64,000 bases of DNA from Gammaproteobacteria bacterium (GCA_029862005.1 JAOTYD010000003.1:70158-134157), one strand, 5' to 3'. Shown: positions 30,551-43,325, counted from the stretch's first letter. Notes: a model not told the origin generated them from the sequence alone. Numbers and translations are program-made.

Positions 30551-31170
30551 CGTTCCTGCCAAATCAGGCGTAAGCCCAGGAAAACCAGTACGCCACCGGG
30601 AAGCCAGCGCCGTACCAGGACCGCGAATTTGCCACGGGTACGCGTTACCCCGGCGGCCACCAGGTAGGCAATCGACCCGTTGACGATGGCCCCGGTTAAC
30701 AGGAACACCGAGCCCAGAGCCAGCGAAATCAGGAAACCCGGGGTTGCCACCGAGTTTAAGAACTGAGGAATAAATGCGATAAAGAAAAGCGCTATCTTGG
30801 GATTGAGGGCATCGACCAGCAGTCCACGGCGAAAGAACTGCCAGTCGTTGACGCCATCCTGGTAAGCTGCTGTGGGCTCGACTTGGTGCCTGTTTCTCAA
30901 CAGGTCGATCCCCAGGTAAATCAGGTAAGCCGCGCCGAGATACTGAATGATCTTGAACGCAATCGGCGCGGTCGCCAACACGGCGGCAACACCGCTCGCG
31001 GCGAGTACCACGTGAACAAAGGCGCCTGCCGTCATGCCAAGGACCGCAAATATCCCCGCTCTGAATCCGCGTGCTGCGCTTACCGATGTAACCAGCAGCA
31101 CCGAAGGACCCGGAGACAGATTGACCGCGAGACAGGCAATGATGAGTAAAATAAAACTTTCAGGGTTCAT
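30547..31170 (-). CDS. LysE/RhtB family exporter
   Basis: NLSPGPSV, YLIYLG, NPKIALFFIAFIPQF. Confidence 0.93.
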   Translation of the reverse strand: MNPESFILLIIACLAVNLSPGPSVLLVTSVSAARGFRAGIFAVLGMTAGAFVHVVLAASGVAAVLATAPIAFKIIQYLGAAYLIYLGIDLLRNRHQVEPTAAYQDGVNDWQFFRRGLLVDALNPKIALFFIAFIPQFLNSVATPGFLISLALGSVFLLTGAIVNGSIAYLVAAGVTRTRGKFAVLVRRWLPGGVLVFLGLRLIWQER

Positions 31171-32573
31171 GCTGACGTGGCGAGTGCCTGTGCGCGTGCA
31201 TCGACGAAAGCCTTAACCGAGCGCGAAATATCCGTCGGCATAGTGGCCCAGGAGCAAATGCTGACACGAATCACGTTACGTTGTTGCCATTGGGTGCCAC
31301 CGACCCAGCATTCGCCGGATTGTTGAATATTCTTTATTGTCTCTGTGGTTATCGCATCACTGCCGCAAGCCACCAGGACCTGGTTGAAGACGACATCGTT
31401 AAGAATTTCGAAACCCTGTTGTTCGAGTTCCTCGGCAAATTGCCGCGCACGCAAATGAAATCCGTAAACCAGGTCGTCGAGGCCGGATTTGCCCAGGTAT
31501 TTCAGTGCCGCCCAGAGTTCGCATATGCGCGCGCGGCGCGACATTTCAGGGGTATGCAACATGCCGTCACGATTGTCGCTGTAGACGATATAGGCACCCG
31601 AGGCATGCAGCGCGTTTACCAGCGCGTCACGATCCCGACACATGATGACACCGCTGTCATAGGGCGTGTTTAGGGTTTTATGACCATCGAATGACCACGA
31701 ATCCGCGAGTTCGATGCCCGCGGTCAGGTGTTTCAAGTGCTGACTGGTAGCGGCCCAGAGTCCGAAGGCTCCATCCACATGCACCCAGGCCCCGGCTTGT
31801 TGTGCCCTGGTGCAAAGGATCTTAAAGTCGTCGAAGGCGCCCGAGTTAACGTTACCGGCCTGCAGGATGAGGATAGTCGACTGGTCAAGCTCCGGGACCT
31901 TGTCGGTTTCGATTCGGCCCGCGGCATCGGTATCGATCCATTCGACATTATCGATACCGAAGCCGAGCAATGCGATTGCCTTCGATACGGTACCGTGCGC
32001 CTGTTTACCGGTAATTACACGCAACCGGGGTGCGCCTGCGAATCCCCTGCGGTTTATGTCCCAGTCCAGGCGTTCAAAATTGCGTTGCCTGGCTGCTGCT
32101 AAACCACAAAAAATCGACATTGAAGAACCGCTGACGAATCCGGCAACACTTGATCCGGGTAGCGCAAACAGTTCGCGCAGCCAGCCTTCGGTGATTTCTT
32201 CGAGTCGCGATGCAAGCGGTGACGACAGGTACAGCGGCGTATTCTGATCCCAGAAATCGGTGAGCCAGCGCACCGCCAGTACCGCCGGTATCACACCGCC
32301 GTTGACCAGGCCGAAATAACGCCCACCGATTTGAGCCACGGTAGCCGGTGAACCGAACTCGTGCAGCTGCTTCAATATCTCGAGCGAGTCCCCCGGATTG
32401 TCTGGCAAAGGTTCATCGAAGCGGGCCAAATTTTCGAGCGCCGCAGGGGTTGGAAAAACATTGCGCTGCAGGGCCTGGTCGGCATAGTTATAGGCGGCAT
32501 CGCGTGCCACGTCGAAAATAGCCTTCTGCTCCATTTCGCGGAACATTTGGCTGCGAATTTCATCACTCATCAA
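31167..32573 (-). CDS. PLP-dependent group II amino acid decarboxylase
   Basis: WVHVDGAFG, SFDGHKTLNTPYDSG (PLP lysine), PEMSRRAR. Confidence 0.9.
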   Translation of the reverse strand: MMSDEIRSQMFREMEQKAIFDVARDAAYNYADQALQRNVFPTPAALENLARFDEPLPDNPGDSLEILKQLHEFGSPATVAQIGGRYFGLVNGGVIPAVLAVRWLTDFWDQNTPLYLSSPLASRLEEITEGWLRELFALPGSSVAGFVSGSSMSIFCGLAAARQRNFERLDWDINRRGFAGAPRLRVITGKQAHGTVSKAIALLGFGIDNVEWIDTDAAGRIETDKVPELDQSTILILQAGNVNSGAFDDFKILCTRAQQAGAWVHVDGAFGLWAATSQHLKHLTAGIELADSWSFDGHKTLNTPYDSGVIMCRDRDALVNALHASGAYIVYSDNRDGMLHTPEMSRRARICELWAALKYLGKSGLDDLVYGFHLRARQFAEELEQQGFEILNDVVFNQVLVACGSDAITTETIKNIQQSGECWVGGTQWQQRNVIRVSICSWATMPTDISRSVKAFVDARAQALATSA

Positions 32574-32574
32574 T

Positions 32575-33156
32575 TTAATCCGTTAACGCCTGTTTTATCC
32601 TGGTTTTCAGAGTCGGCAGCAGCTCGGCTTCGAACCAGGGATTAGCCTTAAGCCAGCGATTGTTCCTCGGGCTTGGATGCGGCAAGGGTATCATGGTTGG
32701 CCAGTAATCCTGCCAGGACTGCACCAGTTCGGTCAGGGAACGTGAACCCGAATCAAAGTGATAGCGTTGGGCATATTGCCCCATGACCAACGTCAATTTA
32801 ATTTGTTGCATATGGCCAAGCAGTTGCGCCCGCCATTGGGTTGCGCATTCAGGGCGCGGCGGCAGGTCACCCGATTTACCGGTACCCGGATAGCAAAATC
32901 CCATCGGCAAAATGGCGATCTTGGCCGCATCGTAGAAAATCTCGCGACTGATCCCCATCCAGTCGCGTAGCCGATCTCCACTTGGATCGTCGAAAGGAAT
33001 ACCGGTTGCATGAACCTTACTGCCGGGTGCCTGCCCGGCGATCAGGATTCTGGCAGTTTCCGAGCACTGCAACACCGGATTGGGACCCAACGGCAGATTC
33101 GGTTCGCATAACCGGCAATCGGCAACTTCGGTGAGGAGTGATTCAAGTGTAACCAT
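32575..33156 (-). CDS. Uracil-DNA glycosylase-like protein
   Basis: CRLC, AGQAPG, PMGFCYPG, LPHPSPRN. Confidence 0.9.
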   Translation of the reverse strand: MVTLESLLTEVADCRLCEPNLPLGPNPVLQCSETARILIAGQAPGSKVHATGIPFDDPSGDRLRDWMGISREIFYDAAKIAILPMGFCYPGTGKSGDLPPRPECATQWRAQLLGHMQQIKLTLVMGQYAQRYHFDSGSRSLTELVQSWQDYWPTMIPLPHPSPRNNRWLKANPWFEAELLPTLKTRIKQALTD

Positions 33157-33481
33157 TAAGATACCTCAAGCTCCTGGAAAACCGGGTGTCGCAATAGTCA
33201 GATCACTGTAATTTGATAACTGGCCGGATTCAAGTTGTTAATCGAACGCACAATCCCCCGCGCTGTCGCTGAATGGCGCGGTCGTAGTCATTAAATTAGC
33301 GAATCGGATTAAAAAAATACCGGAAGGGATCCAAACACGTACTGACAACGTACAATCAGAGGCAGTTCAAAGTGGTTAGTGAGTGTTAAGCGCGGCTTTC
33401 TCCGGTAGCATAATACCCAGATTGTCGACGTCGATACTACCGCTTACGTTGAAATTAAATCCTTCACCCTGGACCCGAGTT

Positions 33482-33874
33482 ATGAAAGCTTTGATGTTAA
33501 TTGCGCACGGCAGCCGCAAACAGGCGGCAAATGATGAAGTGAGCCGGCTTGCGCAACAGATTTCGCGGCTTGAAGACAGTGAATATGACGCCGTTGTGCC
33601 GGCATTTCTCGAGTTTGCCGAGCCCGATATTCACCAGGGCGTGGAGCGCTGCGTCGAACAGGGCGCCGACACCATCATTGCTATGCCATATTTTCTGGCC
33701 GCAGGCAGGCACGTCGCGGAAGATATCCCGAAGGAGATCGAGTGCGCCCGGGCCGGCAATCCGCAGGTTAATATCGAGATATCGCAGTACCTGGGTGAGA
33801 GCGAAGCCATGGCCCGCCTGATAGTTCAGTGCTCGCATCAGGCCAGTCGAACTGGCGAATCATCTGCAACCTAG
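33482..33874 (+). CDS. Small CbiX/SirB-type chelatase
   Basis: LIAHGSR, AFLEFAEP, PYFLAAGRHVAEDIP; about 130 aa; start ATG 33482. Confidence 0.88.
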   Translation: MKALMLIAHGSRKQAANDEVSRLAQQISRLEDSEYDAVVPAFLEFAEPDIHQGVERCVEQGADTIIAMPYFLAAGRHVAEDIPKEIECARAGNPQVNIEISQYLGESEAMARLIVQCSHQASRTGESSAT

Positions 33875-34114
33875 GTGGCGCAGTCTCACAATACTTATTT
33901 CCCGGTAGCGACAATACCGCGATCGTTCAATATCCCTGACGCGATACCATTGCCATTGTTCGCAACAGGGGCATGTTATTTTTCCGGTTGAATGAAATAG
34001 TTACTGGTAATCCGCCAAAGCGGGTTCCATCAATCCGGTGAACCCCTATAATGTGATGTTTCGCGGCGCAGCCCCGACGGCGTCGATCCTAATCCCGAAA
34101 CAGAGAGTAATCCT

Positions 34115-35470
34115 ATGAATGCTCCACTCAGCAATAGCGCCTTGATCGAGAAAGACCAGGCACACATGATCCATCCGCTGCATCATAATCCCGCGCACGC
34201 CGCTGGTGGACGGGTCTGGATCAAGGCGGAGGGGTCGCATCTGATTGATGCAGACGGCAATCGCTTCATTGACGGGTTGTCCTGTTTGTGGAATGTCAGT
34301 TGCGGTCACGGGCGCGAGGAACTGGCCGATGCGGCATCACGGCAGATGCGCCAGATGGCGTTTTGCTCGAGCTACAATGGCAGCTCGAATCCACCCGCGA
34401 TCGAACTCGCCGACCGGCTTGCCGCGATGTGTTACCCGCAAATCAATAACTTCTATTTTACCTCGGGCGGTGGGGAATCCACCGATAGTAACTTCAAGCT
34501 CGCGCGTTATTACTGGAAGGCCAAAGGCAAACCCGAAAAGACCAAAGTCATCAGCCGGATCTGGGGCTATCACGGGGCCACCTTCGCCGCGATGTGCGCC
34601 ACTGGGATTGCAGGCTACTGGACCTCTTTCGAACCTCGTATTCCCGGATTCAGCCATATCCCGGCGCCCGATCCCTATCATTACCCGGTGCCGGAAGACG
34701 GTTCCTCGCAGGGCATCGCTGCCGCCAACGAGCTTGAAAAAGAGATTCTCAAGCAGGGGCCTGAAACCGTGGCGATGTTTATTGCCGAACCGGTGCAGGG
34801 CGCGGGTGGCGTAATCGTGCCGCCGGACGACTATTTTCCGCGCATCCGCGAGATTTGCGATAAGTACGAGGTGCTGTTTGTCGCGGATGAAGTCATCACC
34901 GCTTTCGGTCGAACCGGCAAACTGTTCGCGCTTGATCACTGGGGTGTGCAACCCGACCTGGTGCAGTTCGCCAAGTCGATTACCTCCGGCTATTTACCGC
35001 TTGGCGGCATTGGCATTAGCGATGAAATCGCCGAAACCATTCGCAGCAGTGAAAAGCCCTGGATGCACGCCTATACCTACAGCGGTCACCCGACTACCTG
35101 CGCCGTTGGCCTGGCAACCCTCGACTTTATCGAGAAGCACGATCTACCGGCACAGGCGGCCAGCAAGGGTGATTACCTGCTTGAGAAGTTGCACCATGAA
35201 CTGGATGGTCATCCGCAGGTGGGTAACGTGCGTGGCAAAGGCATGATGTGCGGGGTTGAACTGGTTGAAGACAAGACCGCTAAATCCTGGTATCCACCCG
35301 AGTGGGGCGTCGGCCCCAAGATGACAAAGGCGTTGATCGATCACGGGGTATTCACGCGTATGCGTAGCGAAGTTATCTGTATCGCGCCACCACTGACTAC
35401 CGACGAGGCCACCCTCGATGAGCTGGTTGCCGGAGTGCGCAGCGCAATCGTCGACGTGTTTGGCGAATAG
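34115..35470 (+). CDS. Class III (omega-amine) aminotransferase
   Basis: IDGLSCLWNV, FIAEPVQGAGG, DEVITAFGRTG, AKSITSGYLPLG. Confidence 0.93.
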   Translation: MNAPLSNSALIEKDQAHMIHPLHHNPAHAAGGRVWIKAEGSHLIDADGNRFIDGLSCLWNVSCGHGREELADAASRQMRQMAFCSSYNGSSNPPAIELADRLAAMCYPQINNFYFTSGGGESTDSNFKLARYYWKAKGKPEKTKVISRIWGYHGATFAAMCATGIAGYWTSFEPRIPGFSHIPAPDPYHYPVPEDGSSQGIAAANELEKEILKQGPETVAMFIAEPVQGAGGVIVPPDDYFPRIREICDKYEVLFVADEVITAFGRTGKLFALDHWGVQPDLVQFAKSITSGYLPLGGIGISDEIAETIRSSEKPWMHAYTYSGHPTTCAVGLATLDFIEKHDLPAQAASKGDYLLEKLHHELDGHPQVGNVRGKGMMCGVELVEDKTAKSWYPPEWGVGPKMTKALIDHGVFTRMRSEVICIAPPLTTDEATLDELVAGVRSAIVDVFGE

Positions 35471-35507
35471 AGACAGGCCTTAAACCCGGCCTGAAAATCG
35501 GCTGCCC

Positions 35508-35708
35508 ATGTTTTTTTTTCTGCTCGGAGTCAGTCTGCTGGCAGCAATTCTGGGTCTTTTCTGGATCAAGGATCGGTTGCAGAGCCCGGTGCTTGCCCGC
35601 ATCGCTTTTTCCGAACCGATTGCCCGTCTCGCGGTGGTTGCTGCCGTTTTCATTGTATTAGGACTCTTGCTTTTTCTGTCTGATTTCAGCGCGAGTGTCC
35701 TGGAATAA
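35508..35708 (+). CDS. Small two-TM membrane protein
   Basis: 66 aa, two hydrophobic segments, fills the gap without overlap. Confidence 0.6.
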   Translation: MFFFLLGVSLLAAILGLFWIKDRLQSPVLARIAFSEPIARLAVVAAVFIVLGLLLFLSDFSASVLE

Positions 35709-35732
35709 CCCGAAAGCGCGGACGGTTATTAA

Positions 35733-36811
35733 TCACCGTTTGGATTCATCTGGCATTTGCTTGATGTACAGGTCGTGCTTGGAGTAGGGGATCTCGATAT
35801 TTTCCTCGATAAAGCGCTTGTAAACCTTGCTGTTCAGGATATCGAGAACCCGGCCGCGCAGCACCGGCTGCTCGATCCAGCAGAGTAATTCGAAGTCGAG
35901 GCTGGAAGCACCGAACTGGCGGAAGCGTACCCTCGGTTCGGGTTCCTCGCAGACGTTCTCGTCCGCCAGCGCGATATCCATCAGGATTTCCCGTACCTTG
36001 TCGATATCGGATCCATAGGCAACACCGACCACGACGCGAATGCGAAATTTCACTTCGGGCCCACCGGATTCGTTGATAATTTTAGTATTCCCCATGACCG
36101 AATTAGGTACGGTAATTTCGATGTCATCACGGGTTCGCATGCGCGTGCTGCGAATGCCGATGTGGGTAATTTCCCCTCGCTCACCGGTTTCCAACACCAC
36201 GAAGTCGCCGATTTTGTAGGGGGCATCGGCCATGATAAACACCCCGGAAAACAGGTTTGCCAGTGTGTCCTTGGCGGCAAAACCAACCGCGATACCGACG
36301 ATTCCGGCCGATGCCAGCCACGCGGTCATATCGACATTCCAGGCCGAGAAAATGACATAAACCGCGAGCACCACGATGATGATCATGGCAATATTTTCAA
36401 ACAGGGGCAGGGTCTGGGGATGCAGGATCGCCACGCGCTTTTGATTGGCAGCGACAGCTCGCAATATGGATCGCACCACGCGCATCAGGAATACTGTCCA
36501 GACGATAAAGGCGATGGTCTGCAGGCTCGAAAAAATAATGGATTCGAAAGGAGCCGCGATTGCCAGCAGGTTAACCGAGAGCGCAATGCCAATCAGGATG
36601 ACGCTGATATAAATTGGACTGTGAAAGTATTCGATTATCTGGTCATCAAACGTAAACCGTGTGCGTGCCGAGAGCTTTTTTAACGTGGCACTAATAAACT
36701 TATCGAAAATCCAGGCAAGAATTAGAAAGACAAAAACAACGACCACTGCTTTGAGCCAGGGATGATCGCCAAACACCCCGAGGTAGGGAGCCATCCAGGT
36801 TTGCAGATCGC

Positions 36812-36818
<7 letters not shown>
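35733..36818 (-). CDS. MscS family mechanosensitive channel
   Basis: [42 protein letters not shown]. Confidence 0.94.
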
Positions 36819-38191
<1,373 letters not shown>

Positions 38192-38287
38192 CGGGCAATC
38201 CTATCTTAGTGTGAGGCCGCTGTATAACACCAGAACAAGGCAACAAATACGCCAGAACACCGCTGCTAACGCCGGGTTGTCGTCTGG

Positions 38288-41170
38288 CTACGCTTCGTCT
38301 TGTTCCAGGTAGGCGGACAGCGGCGGGCAGGAACAGACGACATGGGTATCGCCATAGACATTATCGACCCGGCCTACCGGCGACCAGTACTTGTCGTTAC
38401 GCAGCGAGGGCAGCGGGTATGCTGCCAGTTCACGACTGTAGGCATGATCCCATTCGTCGGCACAGACCATGTCGACCGTGTGCGGAGCGTTTACCAGCGG
38501 ATTGTCATCGGGACCCATTCGGCCTTCCTCGATATCGCGAATTTCCTGCCGGATCGAAATCATCGCGTCACAGAAGCGGTCCAGTTCCTCCTTCGACTCC
38601 GACTCGGTCGGCTCGATCATCAGCGTGCCGGCCACCGGGAAAGACATGGTCGGTGCATGAAAACCGTAATCGATTAAACGTTTCGCGATATCGTCGACGC
38701 TGACCACGTCCTTGACCACGCGCGTATCGATTATGCATTCGTGCGCGATCAATCCGTTCGGACCGGTGTAAAGTATCGGAAAATGGTCTTTTAAGCGATT
38801 GGCGATATAGTTAGCATTCAAAATCGCGGTGGCGGTAGCCTGGGGTAAGCCGTCGCGGCCGAGCAGGGAAATATAGGCCCAGCTGATCGGCAAAATCCCC
38901 GCGCTGCCGAACGGCGCCGCAGCCACTTTGTTGATGCCGCCGTCTGATTTCAGGTTGGTTGACGGCAGGAAGGGTTTCAAGTGTTCCCGGACCCCGATCG
39001 GGCCTACCCCGGGACCGCCGCCACCGTGCGGAATGGCGAAAGTCTTGTGCAGGTTCAGGTGTGACACGTCGCCGCCAAATTTGCCCGGGGCGCAAACGCC
39101 GACCATCGCGTTCATGTTGGCGCCGTCGATGTATACCTGCCCGCCGTGCTGGTGCACGATATCGCAGACCTCGCGCACGTCGTCCTCGAACACGCCGTGG
39201 GTCGACGGGTAAGTGATCATGATCGCGGCGAGCTCGTTGCTGTGTTTCTCACACTTGGCGCGCAGTTCGTCGAGATCGATGTTGCCGTTTTTCGCCGAGC
39301 CGACGACCACGACCTTCATCCCGGCCATTTGCGCCGACGCCGGGTTGGTGCCGTGGGCCGAAGCCGGTACCACGCAGATATTGCGATGCCCCTCGTCACG
39401 GCTCTCGTGGTAGGACTTGATGGCGAGCAGACCGGCATACTCACCCTGCGAGCCCGCGTTCGGTTGCAGTGAAATTGCGTCGTAACCGGTGCAGGCGCAT
39501 AACATTTGCTCGAGCTCGACGATTAACTGCTGGTAACCCTGTGCCTGGTCCAGCGGTACAAACGGATGAATGCGTGCGAAACCGGGCCAGGTGACCGGGA
39601 TCAACTCGGTTGCCGAGTTCAGCTTCATCGTGCACGAGCCGAGCGGAATCATTGTCCGATCGAGCGCCAGATCCTTGTCCGCGAGCTTGCGCATGTAACG
39701 CATCAGGTCGGTTTCAGAGTGATGGCTGTTAAAAACCGGGTGGGTCAGGAAATCGCAGCTGCGGATCAATTGCGGTGGCAATGCCGGCTGTATTTTATTA
39801 TCCAGCTCATCGATGGAAACGTCGCTACCGTGGTCGTGGGTAAAAACATCGTACAACCTGGCGACGTCACCGCGGGTCGAGATTTCATCGAGCGAAATTC
39901 CAATTGTATGCGCGTCGACCTTGCGCAGGTTCATCTGCTTCGAGCGCGCCGCGGCGAGAATGAATTCAGTGGCATTACCGGTATTTATCGTAATCGTATC
40001 GAAGTAATGCCGGGTGTTGACCTCCAGTCCGAGGGCACGTAACCCCTCTGCCAGCAGTGCGGTCAGACGATGTACTCGTTGCGCGATCCGGGTAATTTCA
40101 CCGGGGCCGTGGTAAACCGCGTACATGCTGGCCATGATCGCGAGCAGGGCCTGCGCGGTGCAAATGTTACTGGTGGCCTTTTCCCGGCGGATGTGTTGCT
40201 CGCGCGTTTGCAGCGTCAGGCGCAACGCGGTCTTGCCGCGGCTGTCCCTGGAAACACCGATCAGGCGCCCGGGCAGAGAGCGTTTGAAAGCATCGCGCGT
40301 GGCCATGAATGCCGCATGCGGCCCTCCATAACCTAGCGGTACGCCGAAACGCTGGGACGAACCAACCACGATATCGGCATCGAATTCCCCGGGCGGGGTC
40401 AGCAGGGTCAGGCTCAGCAAGTCGGCCGCCACCGTCACCAGTCCCTTTTTCTCGTGGATCTGTGCTACCAGGTCGCGGTAGTCGTGAACTTCACCGGTCG
40501 AGCAGGGATACTGCAACAGGACTCCGAATAGCTCCGGGTTATCGGCCGCGGCAAACGGGTCGCCGATCACGCACTTGATATTCAAATGCCTGGCGCGGTT
40601 CGTGACTACCTCGATGGTTTGCGGGTGACAGGTATCGGCGATATAAAACACGTCGCTCTTGCTTTTAGACAGTCGGTGGCACATGGTCATGGCCTCGGCC
40701 GCGGCGGTGGCTTCGTCCAGCACCGACGCGTTGGCCATCTCCATTCCGGTCAGGTCGCTGACCATGGTCTGGAAATTGAGCAGCGCTTCGAGGCGGCCCT
40801 GCGATATTTCAGCCTGGTACGGCGTATACGAGGTGTACCAGGCCGGATTACGTAACAGGTTGCGCTCGATGACCGTGGGTGTCTGTGTGTTGTAATAACC
40901 CATGCCGATAAAAGACTTGTAGAGCTGGTTGCGAATCGAAATTTCATACAGACGCAACAGCACTTGGCGCTCGCTGAGGCTGCTCTTGACCTCCAGGGGC
41001 TTACGCCGGCGGATCGATTCCGGCACGACCTTGTCGAGTAACTCATCCATGTTTTTCATGCCGAGCTCGGTTAGCATCGCGTTTTCCTCATCTTCACTAT
41101 TGCCGATATGGCGGCGGATAAAACCGTGGAAGATATCGAGATCCGTTAACTTGAGTTCAGGATTTGGCAT
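38288..41170 (-). CDS. gcvP: Glycine dehydrogenase (decarboxylating), single-chain P protein
   Basis: [51 protein letters not shown]. Confidence 0.98.
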   Translation of the reverse strand: MPNPELKLTDLDIFHGFIRRHIGNSEDEENAMLTELGMKNMDELLDKVVPESIRRRKPLEVKSSLSERQVLLRLYEISIRNQLYKSFIGMGYYNTQTPTVIERNLLRNPAWYTSYTPYQAEISQGRLEALLNFQTMVSDLTGMEMANASVLDEATAAAEAMTMCHRLSKSKSDVFYIADTCHPQTIEVVTNRARHLNIKCVIGDPFAAADNPELFGVLLQYPCSTGEVHDYRDLVAQIHEKKGLVTVAADLLSLTLLTPPGEFDADIVVGSSQRFGVPLGYGGPHAAFMATRDAFKRSLPGRLIGVSRDSRGKTALRLTLQTREQHIRREKATSNICTAQALLAIMASMYAVYHGPGEITRIAQRVHRLTALLAEGLRALGLEVNTRHYFDTITINTGNATEFILAAARSKQMNLRKVDAHTIGISLDEISTRGDVARLYDVFTHDHGSDVSIDELDNKIQPALPPQLIRSCDFLTHPVFNSHHSETDLMRYMRKLADKDLALDRTMIPLGSCTMKLNSATELIPVTWPGFARIHPFVPLDQAQGYQQLIVELEQMLCACTGYDAISLQPNAGSQGEYAGLLAIKSYHESRDEGHRNICVVPASAHGTNPASAQMAGMKVVVVGSAKNGNIDLDELRAKCEKHSNELAAIMITYPSTHGVFEDDVREVCDIVHQHGGQVYIDGANMNAMVGVCAPGKFGGDVSHLNLHKTFAIPHGGGGPGVGPIGVREHLKPFLPSTNLKSDGGINKVAAAPFGSAGILPISWAYISLLGRDGLPQATATAILNANYIANRLKDHFPILYTGPNGLIAHECIIDTRVVKDVVSVDDIAKRLIDYGFHAPTMSFPVAGTLMIEPTESESKEELDRFCDAMISIRQEIRDIEEGRMGPDDNPLVNAPHTVDMVCADEWDHAYSRELAAYPLPSLRNDKYWSPVGRVDNVYGDTHVVCSCPPLSAYLEQDEA

Positions 41171-41287
41171 TTGAGTGGTCCTTTATACGGGGACGTAAGA
41201 AATAAACCATGTTGTTCATGTTTTGATGATGCTGACAAGCTTACCCTTTTAGAGCGCTCATATTAACACTAAAAATAGCGCTTCACG

Positions 41288-42073
41288 CTAGTCATTGCTG
41301 AGGCTTAAAACCAGCTGGTCTCCTATCCATTGCTTCAGAAATCCCGCGGCCACCAGCCCTACCTGCGAAGCATCGATCCATTCAAGTAAACCTTCACAGA
41401 TTGTCGCAAAATTCGCCCCGTTTGCAGCTTGATCGAGGGCCCAGGCTTCGTGAACCTCGAGCGAACGCCACTGGATTTTCAGGTCCCGTCGCCACAGCAT
41501 CCAGCGTTGCGCAATCTCGGCGCGCTGTTTTGGCGGTACCTCGGTATCGGTATCCAGCGCGTTCTCGATCAGCGGCACATTCCAGTGCAGATCGAGCCAG
41601 GTGAGTGCCGTTATGAATTTAAACGTAAATTCTGGCCATGCTTCGGCGGGAACCGCCGCCACGTCTTCCAGCTGAACTGGTTGCGGGCAATCAGCGGCGT
41701 CGAAGATCATCGTTTGCGCCCACTCGTAACGCGCCAGCTCCTGCAAAAACCCGGCGTCCTCACCGTCATAAATATTGTCGAGATAAGTGGGCAGGTAACG
41801 GCCGAACCAGCGTACCGAGGGATCGCTGGAAGGGAAGTGGCGCAGGTAGTCTAGCGCCAGGTTTTCAAATGCCTCCCGGCCGATGGTTTTCTGCAGCGCG
41901 GAATAATCGACGGCGAGACAGTCGATGAGACGAATGCGATAGGCATTGTAGTAAGTGCCGAGCCGATGTTCGGCAAGCGCATTTTCGGTGCTGGTTATGT
42001 CCTGCTCGATATCATCCGATCCGTCAATCAGGTAGTGCTGGAAGCGCAGCTGCAAATCACGCAAGTGAGACAT
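41288..42073 (-). CDS. DUF2063-type MNIO partner protein (BufC/HvfC-like)
   Basis: LQLRFQHYL, RLGTYYNAY, FGRYLPTYL, LARYEW; 2 nt downstream of DUF692 gene; start MSHLRD at 42073. Confidence 0.88.
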   Translation of the reverse strand: MSHLRDLQLRFQHYLIDGSDDIEQDITSTENALAEHRLGTYYNAYRIRLIDCLAVDYSALQKTIGREAFENLALDYLRHFPSSDPSVRWFGRYLPTYLDNIYDGEDAGFLQELARYEWAQTMIFDAADCPQPVQLEDVAAVPAEAWPEFTFKFITALTWLDLHWNVPLIENALDTDTEVPPKQRAEIAQRWMLWRRDLKIQWRSLEVHEAWALDQAANGANFATICEGLLEWIDASQVGLVAAGFLKQWIGDQLVLSLSND

Positions 42074-42075
42074 GG

Positions 42076-42915
42076 TCAGACCCGGTAGTAGGGTTCGGCG
42101 ATTCGGCGAGCGTGCTCCAGCTCTGCCAGCACGGTATCGAGCTCGGGGATATTGCCATCGCGTTCGATCATCGTGGAAACCGGGCCGAAACGTTTCGCGG
42201 TCTCTTCGTAAAGTGCCCATACGGGCTCTATGACATCCTGGTCATGGGTATCGATAATCAGGTTGCCATCATTGGTATGGCCCGCCAGGTGGTGCTGCCA
42301 GACTCGTTCGACGGGCACGCCGTCAAGGTATTCGACGGGATCGTAATGGTGGTTATAGCTACTCACGTAGATATTATTGACGTCGAGCAGCAGGTAGCAA
42401 TCGGCCCGGTCGGCAATCTCGCTAAGAAATTCCCATTCAGGCATCGCGTCTTCGCAGTAGGTAATATAACTCGAAAGATTTTCGATCAGCATTTGCTGGC
42501 CGAGGAAGTCCTGCACCCGTGAAATCCGGTCTGCGACGTGATTAATGGCTTCCTCGGTGTAGGGCAGGGGCAATAGATCGTGCATGTTTTTATGATCGAC
42601 ACCAGTCCAGCAAAGATGATCTGAGAACCAGCGGGGCTCGATGCGTTCAATCAGGGCCTTTAGTTTTTTCAGGTATTCAAAATCAAGCTCGTCGGTAGTG
42701 CCCAGTGACATCGACACGCCGTGCATCACCATCGGGTAATCCTGGCGGATTGCATCGAGAAAATAGAGCGGCTTGCCGCCTTCGATCATGTAGTTTTCGC
42801 TTAAGACTTCAAACCAGTCGATGTTTGCTGGTTTGCGGTCGAGAATATCCTGGTAATGCTCGGCCCGCAGTCCCAGGCCGAAGCCAAGAAATGGTTTAGA
42901 CGAGGGCTCTGTCAT
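42076..42915 (-). CDS. DUF692 multinuclear non-heme iron oxidase (MNIO, BufB-like)
   Basis: GLGLRAEH, ENYM, HGVSMS, SDHLCW, HDLLPLP, ENLSSY, LLDVNNIY, HLAGH, IDTH, ERD. Confidence 0.96.
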   Translation of the reverse strand: MTEPSSKPFLGFGLGLRAEHYQDILDRKPANIDWFEVLSENYMIEGGKPLYFLDAIRQDYPMVMHGVSMSLGTTDELDFEYLKKLKALIERIEPRWFSDHLCWTGVDHKNMHDLLPLPYTEEAINHVADRISRVQDFLGQQMLIENLSSYITYCEDAMPEWEFLSEIADRADCYLLLDVNNIYVSSYNHHYDPVEYLDGVPVERVWQHHLAGHTNDGNLIIDTHDQDVIEPVWALYEETAKRFGPVSTMIERDGNIPELDTVLAELEHARRIAEPYYRV

Positions 42916-42961
42916 AGCTGCAGGTCCAGACTTTTAACGATATTTATTGTATCCGGCAGGC

Positions 42962-42994
42962 AAAAAAAATGCACCGACAGGGCCGGTGCATTTT
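42962..42994 (-). terminator. Intrinsic terminator between precursor and MNIO genes
   Basis: Hairpin AAAATGCACCG..CGGTGCATTTT with an A8 run (U8 on the minus strand). Confidence 0.75.
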
Positions 42995-43014
42995 CACTAG
43001 CTGAGAAAGACAGC

Positions 43015-43266
43015 TTAGGCTTCGAAGTTGCCGCCAGCTGATTCACATTCTGACTTGGTACGCTTAACCCAACCCTGTCCCGCGCAAGAGTTTTGACCCG
43101 CGCAGCTGGTGGTAGCGGTTGCGCAGGCGCTGGTGCCTTTGCATGAGTTGACGTTAAAGCATTTACCAGCCTTTTCGGTTGCAGAAGCGCTCATGGGTGC
43201 AACGGCAAACATAGCGGCTGCCGCGGCGGCAAGTGCGATCCCAGTGGTTTTCTTAGCTGTAATCAT
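43015..43266 (-). CDS. Bufferin-type (BufA2-like) six-Cys RiPP precursor with Sec signal peptide
   Basis: MITAKK..ALAAAAAAMFAVAPMSASA then CFNVNSCKGTSACATATTSCAGQNSCAGQGW..ECESAGG; GAGG RBS; upstream of DUF692. Confidence 0.88.
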   Translation of the reverse strand: MITAKKTTGIALAAAAAAMFAVAPMSASATEKAGKCFNVNSCKGTSACATATTSCAGQNSCAGQGWVKRTKSECESAGGNFEA

Positions 43267-43325
43267 TATATAGATCCTCACGTTTGATAAAGTTGGTTGT
43301 ACTGGTTTTTCCCCATTACGCGAGC

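Noticed and set aside
33156-33481. Possible gene remnant or sRNA in the UDG-CbiX gap
   Set aside because: Only short open frames without start/RBS, and no recognisable structure
41170-41288. Glycine riboswitch upstream of gcvP
   Set aside because: Gap too short, AT-rich and without the conserved aptamer motifs
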